From: an uncultured Phycisphaerales bacterium
Lineage (GTDB): Bacteria > Planctomycetota > Phycisphaerae > Phycisphaerales > SM1A02
NCBI GenBank assembly: GCA_938084645.1
Contig: CALKEP010000004.1
Span: 48,457-112,456 of the forward strand
Direction of reading: 5' to 3'
Length of the DNA stretch: 64,000 nucleotides
Every line of letters starts with the position of its first letter. Position 1 is the first letter of the stretch. The position numbers and the translations under genes are program-made. The notes under the pieces are model-generated. The model made no database searches. It was given only the letters and a program-made list of their open reading frames with translations, and was not told the DNA's origin. Below are positions 28,411 through 45,826 of this stretch, in pieces.

Positions 28411-29051
28411 TGTCTTTCGAACGCGACCTGCTCGATCCCACGCGATCACCGATGGTGAAGATCTGCGGCGTTCGCACGCCCGCGGATCTCGAGGCCTGCG
28501 CCGACGCCGGCGTCGACGCGGTCGGACTGGTCTTCGCCCCGGGCTCACCGCGTGAACTCGGACCTGCCGAGCTCGTCGAACTCGTCGCGGAGATGCCCGA
28601 CGAACTCGAGCCGATCGGGCTCTTCGTCGAACCCGCCAACGACCTGCTCGACGCCTGGCCCGGCGCGTGGATCCAACTCCACGGCGACGAATCGGCGGCA
28701 CGAGTGACCGCGATCGCCGCGGAGACCGGCCATCGGATCATCAAGGCGTTTCCGTTCGATGCCGACGACTGCCGACGCTGGGACGAACATCCCGACGTCG
28801 AAATCCTGCTGATCGACGGCCCGCGCGGCGGCAGCGGCGAGCCGTTCGACCACGCGGCCCTCGCCCCCCTGCTCGCGACGCTCGAAAAACCCGTGATCAT
28901 CGCGGGCGGGCTCGATCCCGAAACCGTCGGCGAGGTGGTGCGCGACCTCGGCCCGTTCGGCGTCGACGTCTCGAGCGGCGTGGAGTCGTCCCGCGGCGTC
29001 AAGGACCACGACCGCATCCGCGGGTTCACCGCGGCGGCGCGGGCGGACTGA
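28410..29051 (+). CDS. trpF: Phosphoribosylanthranilate isomerase
   Basis: VKICG, QLHGDE, IIAGGL, GVDVSSGVE, KD. Confidence 0.93.
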   Translation: MSFERDLLDPTRSPMVKICGVRTPADLEACADAGVDAVGLVFAPGSPRELGPAELVELVAEMPDELEPIGLFVEPANDLLDAWPGAWIQLHGDESAARVTAIAAETGHRIIKAFPFDADDCRRWDEHPDVEILLIDGPRGGSGEPFDHAALAPLLATLEKPVIIAGGLDPETVGEVVRDLGPFGVDVSSGVESSRGVKDHDRIRGFTAAARAD

Positions 29052-29078
29052 CGTCCCACGGAACCCCGATCCCGTCGC

Positions 29079-30329
29079 TCAGACCGTGGCCATGACGCGG
29101 GCGGTGTTCTTGCTGGCGATCCACTCCCGGAGTTCACCACGCCGGGTGTTCCAGGTGCCGCTGAATCGCTCGTCGAGGAACCGGCCGTAGAGCTCGAGCA
29201 GGATCGCATCGACGTCGAAGGTCGATTCGATCCGCTGGGCGATCGCCTCGTGCTCGCTGCCCGGCCGATCCTCGGGACGCGGGATCTTGAGTCCCCCCAC
29301 GCGGAACAGATCGCCCTGCAGGTCGAAGGTCCACTCCGCCTCGCCGTCGGCCATCGTGAAACCGATCTTCCGCGGCCACTTGCCCTGCTGGAGCGCCTTC
29401 GACACCTCGGCGCTTCGTCCCGGGCCGTCGCCGCGAAGCGACTGGCGACCGGTGATGCCCCAGGCGCACTCCATGTCGATGGTCCGATCGACCATCATCG
29501 ACACGCTCCGACCGTCGTCGAGATCGAACAATCCCTCGTTCACCTCGGTGTGCCACCAGAGCCAGAGCAGGAAGACGTTTCCGAGGAAGTCCTTCGGTTC
29601 CGGACCCGCCATCGCCCACGGCACGTCGGGCCGTTCGCCGACCTCCGCGGACTGCTCGAGATTGCGTGGCGTCGGGGCCGCGGTGAACGCGTCGGGCATC
29701 GCATCGTCGAACGCGCTCGCGATCCCCTTGGCGACCAGCAGGTCGAGCGCGAGCCCGCCGGCGGACTGGGCCTGGAGTCGGGCGCCGAACGTCGCCTGGA
29801 AGAGATCGCGCAACGCGTCGAAGACCTTCTCGCTCGTGGCCGGCGCGAGGATCGTCGCGGTCGCGGGATCCCACACCATGGGAACGAGCTTGCTGGATCG
29901 GTACCGGCCGTCGGCGACCTCCTCGAGCCAGCGCCGCTCCGCGGCCTCCTTCGCCTCGCGCTTCGCATTGCGTCCCAGCGGCTTCGCCGGCATCCCGGCG
30001 GCATCACCGCCGCGATCGGCCATCGCCTTCCGCAGCGCCGTCTGCTCCTGCGCGACGTAGGCCGCCCGGATCTCGCCGGGCACCCGGACCGCATCCATCC
30101 GCATCGCGGCGTGCAACCGTCCGTCGAAGACGCATCGGTCCCAGGCGAAGTCGTGGTCGAGGATGTGCTCGCCCGCGGTCCATCCGGTCTCGACGTCGGT
30201 GGGGACGCCGACCGTCGGGACGAGTCGTCCCGATGCGAACGCGTCGAGCAGCGATTGTTCGATCCGGGCCGGGGCGTCGCCGCCGATCCGGAAGCGGGCG
30301 TAGGTGACGTTTCCTCGAGTGAAGGGCAT
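29079..30329 (-). CDS. RdgC-like protein (apparently two RdgC-like halves)
   Basis: MPFTRGNVTYARFR, GWT, MRMDAVRVP, FLGNVFLLWLWW, ALQQGKWPRK resemble RdgC-related proteins; recognition only. Confidence 0.6.
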   Translation of the reverse strand: MPFTRGNVTYARFRIGGDAPARIEQSLLDAFASGRLVPTVGVPTDVETGWTAGEHILDHDFAWDRCVFDGRLHAAMRMDAVRVPGEIRAAYVAQEQTALRKAMADRGGDAAGMPAKPLGRNAKREAKEAAERRWLEEVADGRYRSSKLVPMVWDPATATILAPATSEKVFDALRDLFQATFGARLQAQSAGGLALDLLVAKGIASAFDDAMPDAFTAAPTPRNLEQSAEVGERPDVPWAMAGPEPKDFLGNVFLLWLWWHTEVNEGLFDLDDGRSVSMMVDRTIDMECAWGITGRQSLRGDGPGRSAEVSKALQQGKWPRKIGFTMADGEAEWTFDLQGDLFRVGGLKIPRPEDRPGSEHEAIAQRIESTFDVDAILLELYGRFLDERFSGTWNTRRGELREWIASKNTARVMATV

Positions 30330-30490
30330 GCGGGGATTGTCACCCGTCGCACGACGTCGACTCCGCTTCCGGCGGGTTTTCCACGCCGCGATCAGGCCGC
30401 CGACGCGCGGCGAAACACGATGCGGGCCCCGTCGGGCTTCACGTCGAAGCCGAGCTGGAGGTCGTTGGCCGTCCCGGCCGCGCGAGGGCA

Positions 30491-30835
30491 TCACGCGGGC
30501 AGGAACTGGACGATGCCGATACGGCCTTCGCGGAGGGTGTATCGCACCAGGAGATCGCCCTCGGTCCGTTCCCCGGTGTCTGGATGGACCCGCCACCAGT
30601 GCTCGAGATCGACGGCATGATCGCCGGCGACGACTCGACGGGAGACGGTGCCTCCGAAGGACCAGCGGGCGAACATGTCCTGGTAGCGATCCCGAAAGGA
30701 CGTGATGCCGGACGTGCCGGGAGCAAGGTCGTTCCAGACCTCGACCTGGTCGTGGTAGCAATCGCAGAATCCATCGAGGTCCGAAGCGTTGTAGGCCTCG
30801 AGCTGCCGGCCGGCGAGTTCCTCGATCTCGCTCAC
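30491..30835 (-). CDS. SnoaL/NTF2-like family protein
   Basis: QLEAYNASDLDGFCDCY...RDRY...GDHAVDLE...Y.LREGRI; GTG overlaps the hpnH stop. Confidence 0.8.
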   Translation of the reverse strand: MSEIEELAGRQLEAYNASDLDGFCDCYHDQVEVWNDLAPGTSGITSFRDRYQDMFARWSFGGTVSRRVVAGDHAVDLEHWWRVHPDTGERTEGDLLVRYTLREGRIGIVQFLPA

Positions 30836-32004
30836 GCGGCGGCCTCGTCGTTGTCGCGCTTCACGACTTCCCGGGTTCCGTCGGGCTTGACGTCGACGGC
30901 GAAGCCGAGCTGCACCAGGTGCTGCATCGGCCCGTGCGGCTTCGCCTTCTCCTCCTCGAGCCGCTTTCCGGCGCCGGGGTTGGCGTAGGTGTTGAAGAGC
31001 ATGGCCTTGATGTTGGCCCAGATCCCCCGCACCCCGCTGAAGGTGAAGTCGACCGCGGTGGGTTCGTACCCGCAGTGCACCATGCAGTTCTGGCACTTCG
31101 GGTTCCCGCTGGCCACGCCGTAGCGATCCCACTCCGTCTCCTCCATCAGCTCCTGGAACGAGTCGACGTACCCCTCCTGCAGCAGGTAGCAGGGCTTCTG
31201 CCAGCCGAACATGTTGTAGGTGGGGTTCCCCCAGGGCGTGCACTCGAAGTCACGCTTGCCCATCAGGAACTCGAGGAAGAGCGGTGACTGGTTGAAACGC
31301 CACCCCTTCTTGCGGTTCGACAGGATCATCTCGAAGAGCTCGTTGGTGCTCTTGCGACGCAGGAAACCCGTCTGATCGGGCGCCTTGTCGTAGGCGTACC
31401 CGGGGCTGATCATCATCCCCTCGACGCCGACCTCCATCATCTCGTCGAAGAAACCGCGGACCGCGTTCGGATCCGCACCGTCGAAGAGCGTGGTGTTCGT
31501 GGTCACCCGGAAGCCACGGTCGACCGCCAGCCGGATGCCGGCGATGGCCTTCTCGAAGGTCCCCTCGCGACAGACCGCGAAGTCGTGGTGCTCCTCCTGC
31601 CCGTCCATGTGCACGCTGAAGGAGAGATACTTGCTCGGTTCGAACCATCCGGCCTCGAGCTTCTCCTTGAGAAGGATGGCATTGGTGCAGAGGTAGATGT
31701 ACTTCCGTCGCTTCACCAGTTCCGCGACGAGTTCGCGGATTCCGGGATGCAGGAGCGGCTCCCCACCGGGGATCGAGACCATCGGCGCCCCGCATTCGTC
31801 GACCGCCTTGAGGCAGTCCTCCACGCTCACGTCCCGCTTGAGGATGTGCGGCGGATACTGGATCTTCCCGCATCCCGCGCAGGCGAGATTGCAGCGGAAG
31901 AGCGGCTCGAGCATGAGCACGAGCGGGTACCGGCGGCGACCCCGGAGCCGCTGACCGACCACGTAACTCGCGACCGTCCACATCTGGGAAATCGGAACTG
32001 GCAT
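30832..32004 (-). CDS. hpnH: Adenosylhopane synthase, radical SAM (hopanoid biosynthesis)
   Basis: YPLVLMLEPLFRCNLACAGCGKI, SIPGGEPL, CTPWGNPT, WQKPCYL, CQNCMVHCGYE. Confidence 0.95.
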   Translation of the reverse strand: MPVPISQMWTVASYVVGQRLRGRRRYPLVLMLEPLFRCNLACAGCGKIQYPPHILKRDVSVEDCLKAVDECGAPMVSIPGGEPLLHPGIRELVAELVKRRKYIYLCTNAILLKEKLEAGWFEPSKYLSFSVHMDGQEEHHDFAVCREGTFEKAIAGIRLAVDRGFRVTTNTTLFDGADPNAVRGFFDEMMEVGVEGMMISPGYAYDKAPDQTGFLRRKSTNELFEMILSNRKKGWRFNQSPLFLEFLMGKRDFECTPWGNPTYNMFGWQKPCYLLQEGYVDSFQELMEETEWDRYGVASGNPKCQNCMVHCGYEPTAVDFTFSGVRGIWANIKAMLFNTYANPGAGKRLEEEKAKPHGPMQHLVQLGFAVDVKPDGTREVVKRDNDEAAA

Positions 32005-32346
32005 CGGACGGGCATCTCCTGCGTTCGTCTGGCTCCATCACGGCGACCGGCCGGGGGCGGAGCGAGGGTCTCGAAGCGGGATGGTAGCAGCCACTCGACG
32101 TCGATTCCGTCGCGGCACCCCCCTTCGCGAGGTGCTGGAGCGGGAATCGATCCCCGGAAAGAAAATTCGTCGATTCGACGATCCCGAACCGCGGACCGAC
32201 GTAGCAGCCGGGTCATGTCCGCGCTCACCATTCATCCCGTCGCACCGTCCTGCGAACTCCTCGAGTTCTGCGGACGACTTGCGCGGATGACGCCGACGGC
32301 CCTCGGAGGCCGGGTTTCGGGTAGGGTTCCCCGCCGGAGCCATGCG

Positions 32347-33012
32347 TTGACCGATTCCCAAGAGGCCCATCTCGACGCCGTTCCCGCCCCCGGTGACGCC
32401 CAACGAACCGACGAGGAACTCCTCGTGGCGTACCGCACGGGGGATCGCGCGGCCTTCGCCGCCCTCGTCGAGCGCTACCGCAACGACCTCGTCCAGTTCC
32501 TCCATCGATTCCTGAGCTCGCGTGCCGCGGCTGAAGACGTCTTCCAGGACGCCTTCCTCCAGGTGCACCTGTCCGCCGATTCCTTCGATGCCGACCGCCG
32601 GTTCAAGCCGTGGCTCTACACCATCGCCGCGAACAAGGCCCGGGACTTCCATCGAAAGCGGAAGCGCCGCGCCGCCGCGAGCCTGTCGGCTCCGGTCGGT
32701 GGTGCGGATGGCCGAGAGACGTCCCTCGTCGATCTGCTCGAGGGCCCGACCGAGGAGGTCGACGCCGGACTCATCGAGTCCGAGCGGCAGCAGATGGTCA
32801 AGGATGTGGTGGATGCCATGCCGGCCCACTATCGAGAGATTCTCCTTCTGAGCTACTTCCAGAAGCTCAGCTACAACCAGATCGCGGATTCGCTCCAGAT
32901 CCCGCTCGGCACCGTCAAGAGCCGGCTCCACGCCTCCGTCGCGAACTTCGCCGACGCGTGGAAGACGGCGGTCGAGCGACAGAAGCAGCGGACGCGCGGC
33001 GATCACAACTGA
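32347..33012 (+). CDS. ECF sigma-70 factor
   Basis: TDEELL, AFAALVERY, AEDVFQDAF, FKPWLYTIAANKARD, LSYNQIADSLQIPLGTVKSRLH; probable TTG start with GGAG RBS. Confidence 0.92.
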   Translation: MTDSQEAHLDAVPAPGDAQRTDEELLVAYRTGDRAAFAALVERYRNDLVQFLHRFLSSRAAAEDVFQDAFLQVHLSADSFDADRRFKPWLYTIAANKARDFHRKRKRRAAASLSAPVGGADGRETSLVDLLEGPTEEVDAGLIESERQQMVKDVVDAMPAHYREILLLSYFQKLSYNQIADSLQIPLGTVKSRLHASVANFADAWKTAVERQKQRTRGDHN

Positions 33013-33072
33013 CCGAGTCTCGGCGGGTCGCCGGACGTCGAGGAACATGCAGTGTTTCGGAATCGAATGCCC

Positions 33073-34059
33073 ATGAATGACCCCAGCGACATCGGCAGGA
33101 ACCCCCACCGCGATCCGGAGACCTCGACCCGGATCGCCTCCCTCTCCGAACCCGACCAGGCCACGGTCGACCGCCTCTTCGAGGATGGTTTCGACGCCGA
33201 CACGACGGGCGGAGGCGACCCTCGGGAGGATGCCTTGAGATCGCTCCTCGGAAATCTCGAGGCCTACCCGACCGAATCCTCATCGGACGCACTGGTCGAC
33301 GCCACCCTCGCCGGCATCGATCGCCACGAGTCCGCCCGGGAACAGCGATTCTCGATGCCTGCCCAGGACGAGCGCGCCCCTCGGGGAATCCACCTTCCGA
33401 ACTTCTTCGCCGTCGCCGCCTCCCTCTTCCTCGCCGTCGGCATCGGGGTCCCGCTCTTCGAGACGATCCGCGACCACGAGCAGATCACGATGTCGCAGCA
33501 TCGGCAGCGGAACCTCGGCCAGGCCATCGCGGGCTTCTCCCTGGACAACGGCGGATCCATGCCGTTGCTCGACGACGCCCGAAGCCAGCGCGAATCCCCG
33601 CTGCACGCCCAGGTCTACTCCAGGAATCTCCGTCCACTGGTGGATGGCGAACGCTGCGAGGCGGGGCTGCTCGAGTCCGGCGTCGACGGGGACACGATTC
33701 CGATGGTCTCCTACCGGGTGTTCGTGAGCAGCGAGGACTTCAGGCTGGCGGATCTCGCACCCGACGAAGCCCTCACGGCGGATCCCAACCCCGTGATCGA
33801 ATCGTTTCGGGCCGGCGGACGCCGAACCCACCATCTCGTCGGTGCCCGACGTCACGACGGGGACGGCATCGTGATCTGCCGGGTCGATCTTTCGACCCCG
33901 TTCCTGGCCCGGCCCGTCGACCTCGATCTCGACGTCGATGCAAGTGGCCGCACTCGCCCTGCGGTGGACCCCATCTGGGTCGCGGACGGGTACCAGCATG
34001 AGCTTTCCGCGGGAATCGGCTGGCCGAACCTTCGCCACGACGACGTCCTGGCCCACTGA
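33073..34059 (+). CDS. Putative membrane-anchored anti-sigma factor
   Basis: Directly downstream of the ECF sigma; ~110-aa N-terminal domain, one TM (FFAVAASLFLAVGIGVPLF), then an extracytoplasmic domain. Start between 33052 and 33073. Confidence 0.6.
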   Translation: MNDPSDIGRNPHRDPETSTRIASLSEPDQATVDRLFEDGFDADTTGGGDPREDALRSLLGNLEAYPTESSSDALVDATLAGIDRHESAREQRFSMPAQDERAPRGIHLPNFFAVAASLFLAVGIGVPLFETIRDHEQITMSQHRQRNLGQAIAGFSLDNGGSMPLLDDARSQRESPLHAQVYSRNLRPLVDGERCEAGLLESGVDGDTIPMVSYRVFVSSEDFRLADLAPDEALTADPNPVIESFRAGGRRTHHLVGARRHDGDGIVICRVDLSTPFLARPVDLDLDVDASGRTRPAVDPIWVADGYQHELSAGIGWPNLRHDDVLAH

Positions 34060-34162
34060 ATCGAACGCGGCCCCGGAATCAACGACACGAAGGTCGTTGA
34101 TTCGCCAGCGGAAGAATCTTGAATTTTGGACAGAATGTCCGAATATCGCCCCGCCTCAGGCC

Positions 34163-34192
34163 TTGGCGCAACCGCACGGGGTGGGCTATCAT
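34163..34192 (+). promoter_or_regulatory. Putative sigma70 promoter for rpmI-rplT(-rpoBC)
   Basis: TTGGCG-N18-TATCAT. Confidence 0.55.
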
Positions 34193-34246
34193 CCTCGATT
34201 CGCTCGCGTCGACGCAATCTTCCCCGATGTCTCCCCCCGGTGCCGC

Positions 34247-34501
34247 ATGCCCAAAAGCAAGTCCCACAAAGGTCTTCTGAAGCGGATCAAGATCACGAAG
34301 TCGGGCAAGATCCGATTTCGTCGTCCGCACAGCCGCCACATCAAGAGCAACAAGACCGGCGAGCAGGTCCGCGGCTATCGCCGCCCCCGCTACGCACGCT
34401 CCGGAGACATGGGCCGCTTCGGCAAACTTCTCTTCCGACCGCTTCGGTCGCAGGAGAAATCGGCCGCGGACGCGGCGGCTGTCGACCAGAGTTCCGATTG
34501 A
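34247..34501 (+). CDS. rpmI: 50S ribosomal protein L35
   Basis: MPKSKSHKGLLKRIKITKSGK; upstream of rplT; short acidic C-terminal extension. Confidence 0.93.
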   Translation: MPKSKSHKGLLKRIKITKSGKIRFRRPHSRHIKSNKTGEQVRGYRRPRYARSGDMGRFGKLLFRPLRSQEKSAADAAAVDQSSD

Positions 34502-34638
34502 CGCCGAGCTAGTCGTTCTTCCCGGTTCCAACCGGCTGATCGCAGTCGCCTGGAATCACCATCCCACACCAGGATTCGCCCGTCGGGCCTGAAGTGTCTC
34601 CATCAGGAGGCCCCCGCCGAGGCAGTCAGGAGAGAGCC

Positions 34639-35007
34639 ATGCCACGAGTTCGCAAGGGTGCGGCCCGTACCAAGGCCAGACGTCGGACACTGCGGAAAGC
34701 CCGCGGTTACTACGGAACCAAGAGTCGCCACAAGCAGCAGGCGAAGGTCGCATTGATGCGGGCCGGTCGGTTCGCGTTCCGCGATCGCCGAACCCGCAAG
34801 CGCGACTATCGCCGTCTCTGGATCACCCGCATCACGGCCGCATGCCGGATGCGTGGAACCCGCTACAGCGTCTTCATGAACGGGCTGCAGCGGGCCGGCG
34901 TCCTCCTGAACCGGAAGATGCTGAGCCAGATCGCGATCGAGGATCCGTCGACCTTCGACGCCCTCGTCGAGACGGCCAACGCCAACGCCGCCGCCAACGC
35001 GGCCTGA
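34639..35007 (+). CDS. rplT: 50S ribosomal protein L20
   Basis: [43 protein letters not shown]. Confidence 0.97.
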   Translation: MPRVRKGAARTKARRRTLRKARGYYGTKSRHKQQAKVALMRAGRFAFRDRRTRKRDYRRLWITRITAACRMRGTRYSVFMNGLQRAGVLLNRKMLSQIAIEDPSTFDALVETANANAAANAA

Positions 35008-35143
35008 TCGCCTTCACCGGATCGGATCCGCCAACGCGTGGACCGATCTCCTGCGGCCCTCTCCCCCACGGGGTGTGCCGCGACACCATCACGCCGCCCC
35101 CACCGACACGTCGGTGGGAACGGCTGGTCGAGGACAGAACTGG

Positions 35144-38992
<3,849 letters not shown>

Positions 38993-39062
38993 CCGATCCC
39001 GGCTCCGAACGTCCCCTTCCAACCACATTCGCAGCAACCCGCCTGCGGGAGTACGACCGAAC

Positions 39063-43463
<4,401 letters not shown>

Positions 43464-43500
43464 TCTCGGCGACGGGCTTCCCAATCACCAGCGAGAACCC

Positions 43501-43530
43501 AGCCCCCGGCCTTTCGGCCGGGGGCTTTTC
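43501..43530 (+). terminator. Rho-independent terminator of rpoBC
   Basis: AGCCCCCGGCC-TTTC-GGCCGGGGGCT-TTT. Confidence 0.9.
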
Positions 43531-43592
43531 GCTCGTTCAAGTCGCATTCGGAACATGACCGCGGCGATCCACCGGCGCCGGGGCGCCGGGCT

Positions 43593-44096
43593 TCAGCCCG
43601 CGTCGACCCGCCCGGACAGGACCTCCTGCAGCATCATCCGCCACTCACCGTAGACGTATGGAACGTCATGCTCGTCGTGGATCGCGCGGATCCGCTCGTG
43701 GGCCCGTTCCGCGAGCATCGGGACCACGTCGTTCGCCCGCGGATCGCAGAAGTACACCCGGCATCCCGAGGGCCGTCCCGATCTCGCCGTGCAGAGGCGA
43801 CCATCCTGCCACGGGCAGTTCCCGCGTTCCAGCGAGGACGCCACGTCGGCGACCGTGATCCCCCGGCCCTCCGCCTCGCAGATCTTCACGCACCGCGCGA
43901 CTTCGAGACCGCTGGCATAGAGCCGGTGCCCGTGCGCTTCGAATCGGCAGCAGTTGCCGCTGGCCAGGCAGAGCGGCCCGACCTCCCGGATCGCCTCCGC
44001 GATCTCCAGGTGCACGGACTCGATCGCCGTCGCCACCTCGGGTCGGGCCCCCGCGGCGAACCAGGCCTCCACCGTCTCGGACGACGCCGCACTCAC
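43593..44096 (-). CDS. YkgJ-like cysteine-cluster protein
   Basis: CLASGNCC, CPWQDGRLC, RPSGCRVYFC; GTG overlaps the upstream stop. Confidence 0.8.
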   Translation of the reverse strand: MSAASSETVEAWFAAGARPEVATAIESVHLEIAEAIREVGPLCLASGNCCRFEAHGHRLYASGLEVARCVKICEAEGRGITVADVASSLERGNCPWQDGRLCTARSGRPSGCRVYFCDPRANDVVPMLAERAHERIRAIHDEHDVPYVYGEWRMMLQEVLSGRVDAG

Positions 44097-44593
44097 CAGG
44101 GCTTGCCTTCCGACTCGCGCTGCTCGACCAGTCGCTCCACGATCGACTCCACGGTGAAGAGCTCGCCGTTCCCCATTCCGGGGCACGGCGTGTTCTTCTT
44201 CATCCGGTTCCACGCCCGCTCGTTCCGCAGGACCTCCGGCCAGAACGGCCACGTCCGGCATTGGACCGGCCGGACCTCGTAGAGTCCGCAGATCGCCTTC
44301 CCCGGAACGGTGTCGCGATCAAGAAAGACGCAGTCGTAGCCGTGCTCGGTGTCGATCTCGTTCAGCGAGCGATGCCCGTCGATCACCCGGGTGTGGCGAA
44401 CGAGGAACTCGGGGTAGTCCATGCCGAGATGCGCGGCCATGGCCCTGCCCTCGTCGTCGTCGAACCAGACGGCGCCCTCGCCGCCGGTGCAGCAGTTGCC
44501 GCAACAGGTGCACTCGAATCGGAGACCGTCCTCGTACCAGGGACCGGTACCGCCGGAGGGCCGTCGCGTCGTGTTCGATTCGTCGCTGGCCAT
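44093..44593 (-). CDS. YkgJ-family (CxxCxxCC) cysteine-cluster protein
   Basis: WYEDGLRFECTCCGNCC, DCVFL, CGLYEVRPVQCRTWPFW, CPGMG; GAGGAG RBS. Confidence 0.9.
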   Translation of the reverse strand: MASDESNTTRRPSGGTGPWYEDGLRFECTCCGNCCTGGEGAVWFDDDEGRAMAAHLGMDYPEFLVRHTRVIDGHRSLNEIDTEHGYDCVFLDRDTVPGKAICGLYEVRPVQCRTWPFWPEVLRNERAWNRMKKNTPCPGMGNGELFTVESIVERLVEQRESEGKPW

Positions 44594-44639
44594 GTGTCGC
44601 CGACTCCTCTCGTGCGGTCTTCGAACCCCTGCCGCGCCT

Positions 44640-45701
44640 TCAGTTCGAAAGCCGACCGCCGGGCGTTCCCCATGAATCGCCCGAGCCGCCGGAATCACGC
44701 GGGCCGGCCGAGCCACCCGGTTCGTCGGGGGCCTCGCCCTCACCCCACTCGTCGATCACGATCGAATGCACCTCGGTCCGACCGTGACGGGGCGAGAGTT
44801 CGGCGAGTTCGTCCGGCCGTTCATCATGAGCGACCCGTTCGATCGAGTACATCGCCGCCATGATCCAGTCACCGCTTCCCTCGACCGCGGCCTCCACCAG
44901 TTCCTCGGCTTCGTCGAGACTCCGGGCGGTCGCCCAGATCGAGATGTACGCGCCACCGGACTTCGGCTCCGCCGGATCGGCCATCGCGATGGCGTGCCAG
45001 AGCGTGTGTCCGAGCTCGCGCCCGCCGTCGTCGACGTTCGAACTCGGATCGACGTCGAGCTGGAGGCCCCAGTCCGCCCGCAGCTGCAGCAGCAGTTCGT
45101 CGAGATCCGGCGAATGCTCGTCCTCCATCACGAGGATCTCCCGCATCCGGTACGGCGGATCGATCTCGTCGAAGGCGTCCTCGAGCCAGATGCGCGACAC
45201 CGTGCCCAGGCCGTGTCGTTCGAGAATCGACTCGACATCGTCCCGGAGGTCGGTCTGGCAGTGGATCGTGATGGTCTTCCAGGCGTCGAGGAACACCTCG
45301 AGAAACGGCTCCTCCGCGGTGGCGCCGACACCGAGCGAGACCTCTTCCAGCAGGATCGGTTCGAAGTCGTTCCAGGTCCGCATGAAGTCGTCGATGAAGA
45401 CCGGTTCCCCCGCCATGTACACATCGATCGACCGATACGCGTCCACGGAACCGATCTCCACCACCGGCGCCACCTCGCCCGGCAGCAGTTCGAAGAGGTC
45501 CAGCAGCAGCGGACGAAGCCCCTCGTGGCTCGTCGCGACCTGGAAGGCGTAGGTGTCGGGCTCCTCGCCCTCGCTCGCCACGAAGTCGACCAGGTATCCC
45601 TGTAGCGGTGGCGGCGCGTCGAGCCGCTCGACGCCGAGCGGGAGGGCGTACCCGTCCAGCACCACGCGCTGAAGATCAGATCGAAGCTTGAAGTCCCGCA
45701 T
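44640..45701 (-). CDS. Acidic hypothetical protein
   Basis: Long ORF with strong GC3 bias; start set at MRDFKL because TACAAT lies 7 nt upstream. Confidence 0.72.
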   Translation of the reverse strand: MRDFKLRSDLQRVVLDGYALPLGVERLDAPPPLQGYLVDFVASEGEEPDTYAFQVATSHEGLRPLLLDLFELLPGEVAPVVEIGSVDAYRSIDVYMAGEPVFIDDFMRTWNDFEPILLEEVSLGVGATAEEPFLEVFLDAWKTITIHCQTDLRDDVESILERHGLGTVSRIWLEDAFDEIDPPYRMREILVMEDEHSPDLDELLLQLRADWGLQLDVDPSSNVDDGGRELGHTLWHAIAMADPAEPKSGGAYISIWATARSLDEAEELVEAAVEGSGDWIMAAMYSIERVAHDERPDELAELSPRHGRTEVHSIVIDEWGEGEAPDEPGGSAGPRDSGGSGDSWGTPGGRLSN

Positions 45702-45826
45702 CGTCTTCATTGTATCGGCGTGCGAGCCCCCGCCGCCCGCGATGCACGACGTGAAATCGGGGTATATTCCGACCTGCAGGTCCGGCCCTGAAGGCACGGG
45801 CGACTCGATCACGGAGATCCGACCGC

